Shown here piece after piece: positions 1 to 31,735 of a DNA stretch of 64,000 nt. The DNA is taken from contig NC_057750.1 of the NCBI RefSeq assembly GCF_004010195.1, positions 13,523,473 through 13,587,472 of the forward strand, in the 5' to 3' direction. This DNA is from Chiloscyllium plagiosum. Taxonomy: Eukaryota. Position 1 is the stretch's first letter. Every line of letters starts with the position of its first letter. The notes beneath the pieces were generated by a model. That model saw only the letters and a list, made by a program, of their open reading frames with translations. It was not told the origin of the DNA and did not search any database. The position numbers and the translations under genes were made by a program.

Positions 1-1401
1 TCCCAGGCATGCCCCCCCCCCACACACACACACACCCACCCAGGAATGTCCCCCCACTCACACCCTCCCAGGAATGTCCCCTCCCACATCCCCAAGAATG
101 TCCCCCCCACACACACTCCTCCCAATAATGTCCCCACTCTCTCCGGAACAAACATATCAAATGTAACTTTCAAAAACAAAATTTAAAAAAAACTTTCCAG
201 CTCATCGGTTTTGTTGAATTGCTTATGTATAAGATGTGAATTTGCTTCCAATTCAACCTGTTCCACTATAATCTGGTGTTGTGTGATTTTTAACTTTACA
301 TCAAAGTTGTTCGACTGGGTGAGGCGGTGCAGGGTTCTGAGCAAACCTCCAGGGAGATTCCCAACCAGGCTCAGGCACCCAGGGCCCACAGGTATAGTCA
401 GATCCTACAGGGTCGACAGGGCTGTTTCTGCTGTTGTCTTTTCCAGTGTCTACGTTGATGCCAGATAAGCTGTTCAGCTTCATTTCTTCGAGTCAGAGAA
501 AGTGAGGACTACAGTTGCTGGAGAGTCAGAGGTCGAAGAGTGTGGTGCTCGAAAAGCACAGCAGGTCGGGCAGCATCCAATGAGCAGGAGAATCGATATT
601 TTCAGGCATAAGCCCTTCATCAGGAATGTGAGAGAGGTGTTCAGAGATAAAGAGGAGGGTGGTGTGGGACTGGGGGACGGTCAATGCAGGTTGGGGGTGA
701 GGGGTGATTCCACCAGTACAACTGAACAGCTTGCTATGCCACTGAGAGTCACACTTCGGCCAGACCAGGTGAGGATGGCAAATTTCCATTCGTGGACCAG
801 ATGGGTTTTCCAACAATGGTTGCATGATTCTTAAATTGATTATTCCAGTTCTTTTCTTAGTTGAATTCAAATTCCACCATCTGCCGTGGTCGGATCTTCA
901 ATACACTCAATGACTTGGCCTCCACACCCTGAGTTCCACAGATTCGTTACTCAATGGCCAACAAAGTTCCTCCTCACTTCAGTTCTAAAAGGTTGTCCCT
1001 TCACTCAGGCTGTTCCCTTGGGACCTCATTTCACCTCCCATTGGATACTAAACAGAAATCTATCAGTTTCTGACCTTGAATGTACACAAAGACCGAGCTT
1101 CCACAGCTCACTTTAGCAGTGAATTTCAAACGTTGACAATCGCAGGTCTCAGGAGAAAGTGAGGACTGCAGATGCTGGAGAGTCAGAGTTGAAGAGTGTG
1201 GCGCTGGAAAAGCACAGCAGGTCAGGCAGCATCCGAGCAGCAGGAGAGTCAACATTTCGGGCATCAGCCCTTCATCACAGATCCCAACTTATGGAACAGC
1301 AGCTACCCATTCACCCTGATGCACCCCTTCAGCTGAAGGCAGACAGCACTCGGACAGGAAAGCACGATAAATTACTCAGGATCACGAACAGAGTCAAATA
1401 G

Positions 1402-1700
1402 CACTTTCAGAAACACACCCTTCCGTCTGACCCGTCCATGCCGACCAGATATCCCAACCCAATCCAGTCCCACCTTCCAGCACCCAGCACATATCCCTCC
1501 AAACCCGTCCTATTCATATACCCATCCAAATGCCTCTTAAATGTTGTAATTGTAACAGCCTCCACCACATCCTCTGGCAGCTCATTCCATACACACACCA
1601 CCCTCTGTGTGAAAAAGTTGCCCCTTAGGTCTCTTTTATATCTTTCCCCTCTCACCCTAAACGATACCCTCTAGTTCTGCACTACCCTACTTTAGAAAGA
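1402..1700 (-). mobile_element. CR1/HER1-type LINE 3' fragment
   Basis: Minus-strand translation [32 protein letters not shown] is the CR1 ORF2 C-terminus, followed by 3' UTR sequence repeated many times in this window. Confidence 0.85.
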
Positions 1701-1768
1701 GACCATTCAGCCCAGCCAAAGCCGGTCTCTAGGACCCAGGAGACACCCATTAGTCTCGGGTCACCTTC

Positions 1769-1806
1769 GATGCCCCGCCCCCGGAAGTATGGTTGATGCC
1801 CCGCCC
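1769..1806 (+). promoter_or_regulatory. Candidate FAM98C core promoter: GC box - ETS site - GC box
   Basis: GATGCCCCGCCC occurs twice (1769-1780, 1795-1806) around CCGGAAGT (1781-1788, ETS/GABP consensus), typical of TATA-less housekeeping promoters. It lies about 950 bp upstream of the conserved ATG. Confidence 0.5.
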
Positions 1807-1838
1807 TCTTCTCCAGGGGGTGGGAGAGGATCTGCTCC

Positions 1839-2208
<370 letters not shown>

Positions 2209-2301
2209 NNNNNNNNNNNNNNNNNNNNNNNNNNNNNNNNNNNNNNNNNNNNNNNNNNNNNNNNNNNNNNNNNNNNNNNNNNNNNNNNNNNNNNNNNNNN
2301 N

Positions 2302-2735
2302 GACAGAGAGAGAATGGAGACTGTGACAGAGACAGAGGGGGACACACAGATGGAGAGAGTGGGGGACACAGACACGGAGAGAGAGAGAATAGAGACAGAG
2401 ACGGAGGGAGAGACACAGAGGGAGGGAGTGAGGGACAGAGAGAGAATGGAGACTGTGACAGAGACAGAGGGGGACACACAGATGGAGAGAGTGGGGGACA
2501 CAGACACGGAGAGAGAGAGAATAGAGACAGAGACGGCTCCCTCACACTAGAGGGAGGGAGTGAGGGACAGAGAGAGAATGGAGACTGTGACAGAGACAGA
2601 GGGGGACACACAGATGGAGAGAGTGGGGGACACAGAGAGAGAGAGAATAGAGACAGAGGGGGACACAGAGAGAGAGAGAATAGAGACAGAGGGAGACACA
2701 GACAGAGAGAGAATGGAGTCAGAGACCGAGAGGGA
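2302..2735 (+). repeat. GA-rich 132-bp tandem repeat (about 3 units, 44 codons each) upstream of the FAM98C ATG
   Basis: GACAGAGAGAGAATGGAGACTGTGACA starts at 2302, 2434 and 2566 (period 132). Confidence 0.9.
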
Positions 2736-2751
2736 CGCACAGTGTGTGTGG

Positions 2752-24344
<21,593 letters not shown>

Positions 24345-24484
24345 AGCTAAACCGGGAGCCGATCCTCTTCACCCTCTGAAGATCGATGGAGGAGTCACTT
24401 CCCCCCGGGGCCTGAGTGTGAAAATACTCAAGTGGCTATGTAGAGTTAGGACCTGGAGCTCCTTGGACTGGGGTGAGAGAGAAT

Positions 24485-24822
24485 GAGAGTGTGCGCGTGC
24501 ATGTTTGTATGTGTGAGAGAGAGTCTGTTTGTACGTGTGTGTGTGTATGTGTGAGAGTGCGTGTGTGTTTGTATCTGTGAGAGTCTGTTTGTACGTGTGT
24601 GTGTGTATGTGTGAGAGTGCGTGTGTGTTTGTATCTGTGAGAGTCTGTTTGTACGTGTGTGTGTGTAGAGAGAGTCTGCTTGTGTTTGTGTGTGTGTGTT
24701 TGTGTCAGTGTGCTTTTGTGTCAGTACTTGTGTGCATGAGAAAGAGTCTGTGTGAGAGAGTGCGCAAGTCTGTGTGTGAGAATGAGTATGTGAGAGAAAA
24801 CATGTCTGTGAATGTGTGTGTT
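24485..24822 (+). repeat. TG-rich low-complexity repeat with an exact 60-bp tandem unit, in the putative FAM98C 3' UTR
   Basis: 24541-24600 and 24601-24660 are identical. Confidence 0.9.
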
Positions 24823-26185
24823 CTGGACTGATGAAGGAAGGTCGGTATAATTTAAGATTAAGCCACCGTAATGATTGAGCAATTAAATATGTGCTGGGCA
24901 TTTGAGACCCTCTGATAGTGGGAGGTTGAGGGAAGAGCTGTGTGAATCCATTCTGTATTGTTAAACCATCTTTGCGCTTGGCTCACTGTGTGAGAGAGAA
25001 ATCTCAAACCCTTCTCAAATACAAGTGACCAACAAGTGCTTCGAAATGTGGCGTATAGAGAGCTCGGAAATACTCTGTCACCTGGTCACACTACTAGGGC
25101 CACCCGTTTCGATGCCAATTTGGACAGAGAGCAGAGATTTTACCCAGGGCTGTTTGTTTGTTCAGCACCTTTCCGAGTTAACTGTTAGCCTTTGTCACAG
25201 ACCCTCCTCTCTCTGTATTCTTGGGAAAAATAATTTTTTTAAAATCTTCAACATTGCTGGGAAAAAAAATGTGGAAACGTTTCCTGTTGCACTCATCAGG
25301 ATACAACTGCAAGAATGTCAAATCGCAAAGAGGAATAACAATTTATAACATGTGGGGAAAAGGCGCTGACTTTGTTTTTGTCAAATTTTGGATTACCGAG
25401 TGATTTATTGCTTTTTATCTTGCCAACATGTTTTGGAAGTGACCTATGGGTCCTGACGTTTTGTTCTTATATCCACTTTGTCTTTGACAAGGAAGGGAAT
25501 TGGTGCAGGGGGAGAATGGGGTCTGGTCACGCCCAGAGAAAGAAGGCGTGTTGCCCTCTTGGGTAACTGTGTGCCCAGGTGCCAGTGAATGTCCTGCTAC
25601 CCAGGGCCATGGTTTCAGTTCAGCTGGTGCAGTTACTGGCACCTTATTGCAGAGGGCACCATTTGCAAAGTTTCTGTAAGAATTTTGAATTAATATTTGC
25701 TTTCTGTGTGTTTTCATTTGCTCCCCGCGAGCTGGCCTGCTTCTGATTTTGGATGCCGGGACATCTTTCTTTTTAAAAACAAATATAAAACCAAGTTGTT
25801 CCCTCGCTGTGTCCGTAAGATTTGTTTCTTTCCTGAGAGACTCTTTTCATGTGGGTTTACACACAAGTACTATAGTAGGCCATTTGGCCCCTCGAACCTG
25901 CTCTACCCCCCCCCCCACCGTTCAATAAGATCAGGGCTGATCTGATTTTAACCTCAACTCTACATATCCCCGGGTCACCTCTCACCCCCTCGCTCATCAG
26001 GAATCTATCTCCCTCTGCCTTCAAAATGTTTTAAAGATCCTGTATCCACTGTCTTTCGAGGACAGGCACATGATGCCATTTGAATTCAACAATAATTTGG
26101 AATTAAAAGCTGGTCTAATTTTACTGGTGGCGGTAAGAGATTTAAAAAAAAAAGCAAAAGCTAATGTACTGAGACGTACTGGTCT

Positions 26186-26725
26186 TAGAGTCATAGAGAT
26201 GTACAGCATGGAAACAGACCCTTCGGTCCAACCTGTCCATGCTGACCACATATCCCAACCCAATCTAGTCCCACCTGCCAGCACCCAGCCCATATCCCTC
26301 CAAACCCTTTCTATTCATATACCCATCCAGATGCCTCTTAAATGTTGCAATTGTACCAGCCTCCACCACTTCCTCTGGCAGCTCATTCCATACACACACC
26401 ACCCTCTGTGTGAAAAAGTTGCCCCTTCGGTCTCTTTTATATCTTTCCCCTCTCACCCTAAATCTATGCCCCTCTAGTTCTGGACTCCCCCACCGCAGAG
26501 AAGAGACTTTATCTATTTATCCTATCCATGCCCCTCATAATTTTGTAAACCTCTATAAGGTCCCCCCCTCAGCCTCCGCCGCTCCAGGGAAAACAGCCCT
26601 TGCCTATTCAGCCTCTCCCTATAGCTCAAACCCTCCAACCCTGGCAACATCCTTCTAAATCTTTTCTGGACCCTTTCAAGTTTCACAACGTCTTTCCGTT
26701 AGGAGGGAGACCAGAATTGCACGCG
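26186..26725 (-). mobile_element. CR1/HER1 LINE 3' fragment
   Basis: ORF 26265..26456(-) is the CR1 ORF2 end; tail TTAGAGTCATAGAGATGTACAG. Confidence 0.9.
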
Positions 26726-26839
26726 ATGGTCTGCCTTGACTAGAATTCCTTTGGACCAGTCTCCAGCACCTTCATTCCTGAGTACTCCTGCTTTTTATTG
26801 TTTTTTTTTGACCCTCTGTCAAAAAACCAACACTTCACC

Positions 26840-26962
26840 TGAGGCTCTCTGATGATGTTACCAAGTACACTGGTGAAACACCTGAAAACTAACCTTCCAG
26901 CTCAGCGAGCTAACTTGCATCCAGAACCTCAACAAGAGCTACAAACCTTCTCGAAACTCGTT
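26840..26962 (+). mobile_element. Penelope-type terminal-repeat remnant (family C) with a decayed hammerhead
   Basis: CTGATGA-T-GTTACC...TGGT-GAAAC-ACC followed by AACCTTCCAGCTCAGCGAGC; the cleavage triplet is lost. Confidence 0.45.
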
Positions 26963-27181
26963 GACCGTCTGTATCAGCAATAATTGAATCCACATCTCAT
27001 GCCCCATGGTTAAATCCAAGAGCTCACATGTGAATGTGTACACACACATACTCTCGCACACGCGTACACACACACTCGTTCATTCTCCTGAGTCTTATCG
27101 GATTTGGACCGGCCTCTGCCCAGCTTTCTCGGTCTCCAATCTCTGACAGCAGACGATTGAGCGGTGTTTTCTTGTTAAGAA

Positions 27182-27187
27182 TTTATT
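27182..27187 (-). terminator. Candidate RASGRP4 polyadenylation signal AATAAA
   Basis: Plus-strand TTTATT; on minus it is preceded by UTR-like TGTAAATGTGTACATAATGTATTTAAATATT. Implies a 3' UTR of about 4.4 kb. Confidence 0.45.
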
Positions 27188-28950
27188 GGGAACGTGTCAA
27201 CAGCGTTTGGGATCTCACAGCAACTTCCCCCTCCCCCTCGCACATCAATATTTAAATACATTATGTACACATTTACATCAACGACAAGCGAGGCGAAGTC
27301 CCAGCACTTTTGCGTACCCGTGCCACTGCTGCTTGGAGTGAAGAGGGCCTGTTCTTGCTTGCTGGAAATCGAACCTTCTGTATGATAGCCGAGCTGGGAA
27401 TTGTGGGAGGAGGGAGCGCCAACAGACGTGGCAAGCCAACAAAAGCTTGCGTTTACACGGGTGCCTTGCACCGTCCCGAGGCCGGTGTGAATCTGAGAGG
27501 AGGGTGCGCTGAGTGTGGCTGATTGGGGGTGAGGAGAGAGAATTCTTGTTAACGTGTTGGGAGGGGTGCAGCCAGGGTGTGTTATACGTGCGTAGTTACC
27601 CCTGTCGTAATGAGTACTTTGTGCAAACTCAGCTGTTGTGTCTGTTATTGTGGATATTGTGAACCTGTTCAGCTGCTGCTTCCCCTCAATCTCCCTAACT
27701 CTCTCCCTCTCCCTCTCTCGATCTTTCTCCCGAAAAGATACTCTGTAAACCTTTCCTTTCCTGTCAGTCACCAGCCAGTACTTCCCCGAGCCACAGCCTA
27801 AACAGCTGACAAACCCTATTTAAAAGCATCCAAGTCAAGAGGAGGCCACTCAGCCCTTCAAGCCTGCTTCCCCATTCAATAAGATTGTGGCTGATCTGAT
27901 TTTAACCTCAACTCTGCATTTCTTCTTGTAATCTTTCGCCCCCCTCGCTCATCAGGAATCTATCTCCCTGTGCCACACTGTCGGGAATCTAATCTAATCC
28001 AATCTTAAAGCTGGCTTCAGCACACGGACTGATTCCCGATTTTCTCCAACGTGACTCAGCGCTTTTCCCAGATAGCTTCGGGAATTCCTTGTTTGTTGGT
28101 CCCTGAGTGTGGTGGGACGGCATGGAGTGATCCCCACCGGAGAGAGGGAAGGGGAGAGATATTGACCAGGTGATTAGGGCAATGTCTGACTGGGTGTAGA
28201 CTGGGGTGGGGAGGAGGGGGTGGGCAGAGGTGGGAGCGGATAGACGCACTGTAGGGCTGGGGGGGGTGGGGGTCTCCCCACTTTCAGCAGCGACCACAGT
28301 GGGTGTTGCTATAGCGCCTTATCACAGTGTATCAGTGTTTCACAAACCTCAGGAGTAGGCCATTTGGCCCCTTTGAGCCTGCCGAGCCATTAGATTGGAT
28401 CGGGGATAGGCCGGCTACGGTCTCAGCCCCACTTTGCCATCTGACCCTTGCCCTGTAACCCTTGACTCTTTCGTCAATCTAACACGGCAATGAACATAGT
28501 CAATGACATAGCCTCCAGTGCTGCCTTGGGAAGAGAATTCTGCTGATTCGTTTGTCATTCACTCGTGGGATGTGGGTGCCGGCATTTATTAGACAGACCC
28601 ATTTTACATTGCGAATGTCAGACTGGATTTTCACATCCAAATCCCTTGACTTTACACAGAGGGTGGTTCGTGTTTGGAATGAACTTCCTGAGGATGTGGT
28701 GGATGAGGGCACAGTTACAACATTTAAAAGACATTCTGAGAAGTCCTTGAAAAGATTTGGAGGGATATGGGCCAGGGGCAGGCAGATGGGACTAATTCAG
28801 TTTGGGATTGTGGTCGACGTGGACTGGGTAGGCCGAGGGGTCTATTCCTGTGCTGTTTGATACTATGAAGGGCATTCTGGGTGAGGGCAAATCATATTTA
28901 ATCTTTGAGCCACCTCTATCTCACAACAGTGAGATATCACGGCTATAAGC

Positions 28951-29219
28951 TTTAGATTAGATTCCCAAAGCGTGGGAACAGGTTCTTCGGCCCAACAAGG
29001 CCATGCCAACCCTCTGAAGAGCAACCCACCCAGACCCACCTCCCTCTGACTAATGCACCTAACACTATGGGACAATTTAGCACCGCAGCCTGCACATCTT
29101 TGGACTGTGGGAGGAAACCCACGCAGACACGGAGAGTGCACAAACTCCACACAGACAGTCACCCGAGGCTGGAATTGAACCTGGGACTGTGAGGCAGCAG
29201 TGCTAACCACTGAGCCACC
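28951..29219 (-). mobile_element. HE1/V-SINE
   Basis: Reverse complement of the 12184 family with TTAGATTAGATT tail. Confidence 0.85.
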
Positions 29220-30247
29220 CTCGATCCTGAGTAGATGATACAATACCCAGCAATTCCTATTGTTTCCAAAAGGATAAGCGGGGGCAAAACAAAGGTTCAA
29301 AGATGTTGGCAAAACTACCCTTTTATCTTGATACAAACTGTAAGGCTGCAGTTGAGGCCTAGTCACTCAACGAGGCCTAACTCTCAGCTGGGCAAGAATT
29401 CACACTCGGTGCAAATTAAACGCACACTCCTCCCGATTCTTTCGAGTCTGGTAACTGCGCGCGGTTACGTTTGAGGCCGAGCGAGACCGTTATGGCGACC
29501 GGCGGTTATCTCAGCGGGATGCGGATGGGATCTCTTGCACCCCCTCTCCGCCGACCAGGACAAAGCAAAATCCCACATGCCGACGGGGGCCAATCGGTTT
29601 GGTTTCGGTCGGTTGAGGTATGAACGTTGGACGACCCGCACTGTGCGGTGACAATGTGGCAAAGAGCTCTTTTTAGTTGAGTGGGCAGCTCACTGTGCCC
29701 CTGGGTGCAGTAAACAGTGCCTCTGGTAGTGAAGCACTCCCTCAGCACTGAACGGAGGCATCATGGGGAAATGGCCTGAAGTCTCAGGTAAACCTAGTTT
29801 CGGTGACAATGACGAGTAAGTGCACGAGAGGGCCAAGGCACAGAATCGGCGCTAAAGTCTTCTCAAAGTGCTTCTACACAGGTTCCGAAAGCCTCACTTG
29901 TGTTCCTGAACAAACCTGCCCCTTCACTTGCTAATGAGGCAGCACCGACGTTTTAATTCCAAACCTGACGAAATCCTGTCGATGGGAGGGTTGGAATCCG
30001 TTTCAGTCGGTGGATGTATTCGTTACTTCACTGTCACTTGAATCCTGTCAGTGGTTTTTGACCTCGGTGACCAAGTTTAGAAATGGCGGGAGGGGGAGCA
30101 AACAGCTCGCTCCTGCTGGATATGACCACAGGCCTGTTGCTCCTGGCAACGGGAAGGCCTCAGCTGCAGTGGCTATCCCAGACAGGCGAAGCTGACCTCA
30201 ATACAAGTGGGAGTGGGGCGGGAAGGTTTGGGTAAATCAGGTGTCCA

Positions 30248-30585
30248 TACGTTAGAGCCCGGGTGTCTCTGCAAAAGGAGCACACGGTGTCTACCAACAC
30301 CCTGGAGTTGTTCAGGGAGAGGTGGGCGCCGCAGGGAGTGGAGTACATTATTTCCCCCTCCAACTGTATTTTGATTTAACACCTGCCCTCCCCTTCACTG
30401 TTTGATCACACAACATTTCCCTTTGATGTGAAGGGCACTGCTTGTCACTGGCCACTCGGGTGTTTCCTTTCTTCCTGGTGGTGTAAATTTGAATAAAGAT
30501 TCCTGCACCCTGTGTCTGTCACTGTGTCTCACACCTGCACACACACACCATGGGTGCTGGGGGGAAAAAAAAAGAAAAAAATAAA
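30248..30585 (+). mobile_element. 5'-truncated poly(A)-tailed L1/Tx1-like LINE 3' end
   Basis: Frame YVRARVSLQKEHTVSTNTLELFRERWAPQGVEYIISPSNCILI* (stop 30377-30379), AATAAA at 30492, A-rich tail, imperfect TSD TAAATCAG(GTG/ACA)TCCAT at 30233-30248 and 30586-30601. Clade assignment from recall. Confidence 0.7.
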
Positions 30586-31543
30586 TAAATCAGACATCCA
30601 TCTGGCACGGGACGGCGTTCAGAATCGACAGCAAGGTCCCCTCAACGACCACCAGCCTTGTGGCACTCACCGCGAGCGGCCATTTTGCCTGGAGGTGCTC
30701 CCTGGCTCCCCACCCCCGCCCCGCCCTGACCCGACCCGGCGGATTCAACAAAATATCGGATCACGAGTAGGCCACTCGAACGCAATCCTACATTCAACAC
30801 AATCCCGGCTGGTTCTCCGACACATTCGGATGGGAGTGAGGGTGGCGGGGGAGGGGGAGATTGGGATCCAGTCCATCTGGAAAACGCCAACTTGCTAGAC
30901 CGAGTCACCGGTGACATACCGGGCGGTCAGAGGCGGGAGCGATCCTGCCCAACTTCGGAGTTTGGTTCGATCTTGGCTCAAGGCCCATTTCCATCGGAGA
31001 CTGGGGCCCAAGGTCAAAGCTTTGAGTCCTGAGTGTCTAAATGATGGATGTCACCCATCGAAAGGACCTCCATGAAATCTCAGTTCCGCCTGTGGGATGG
31101 CAAAGAGAGAGAGACACGCCGTGTCTCCGGTTTATGGCGATGCAGCAGGAGGGTGTTGGGTGGGCGCCATCTGGAGTAAAATTCTGGCAGGTTGTTGTTG
31201 TAGCAGAGAGAGAGGAGGAGCAGGTGGGACTGGGGGTTGACCACGTTCCCTCTGAGGCATGAGCTGAAAGTACTCAGGGCCGTCACTGAGGCCTAGCGCG
31301 AAAGAGAGCCTGCCTGTTTCTCCCCATCTGACTGCCTGCCTGCCAAGCAGGGGTGGCTGGGGAAGGAGGCCGGAGCAGCACCGGATTCGCTTCAGTCTGT
31401 TCTCTGAGGTAATGCCCGTCTTTGACGATAAGGAGGTGCCAAGTAAAACCAAAAGTGTCGGTACGTTTATAGTTTAAACAGTGCTACTTCCCCTCGTCTA
31501 TGTTCCCCCCCCCCCCCCCCCCAGACAGGGCAATGGTGGAGGT

Positions 31544-31735
31544 TCAGATTTTGGAGTCATGCTCCACCTGGAGGTTGTCCATTTGTTCCAGGATGAGGGT
31601 GACCGTGGGCTGCCTGAGAGCATCCAGTTGTTGCTGCAAGGCACACAGGCGATCCTGCAGGCTGCTGTTCTCGGCCTCCAGCCCGGCCTTCAGCTTGTGA
31701 AGCTCGCTGTTCTCCACGGCCAACTGGTTCCTTTG
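31544..31735 (-). CDS. RASGRP4: RASGRP4 terminal exon ([63 protein letters not shown]), coiled coil
   Basis: Acceptor CATTACAG|, phase 0, heptad leucines, TGA at 31544-31546. Confidence 0.85.
   Translation of the reverse strand, partial: QRNQLAVENSELHKLKAGLEAENSSLQDRLCALQQQLDALRQPTVTLILEQMDNLQVEHDSKI

Noticed and set aside
24882..24887. ATTAAA as the FAM98C poly(A) signal
   Set aside because: Plausible but not distinguishable from other AT-rich candidates without 3'-end data.
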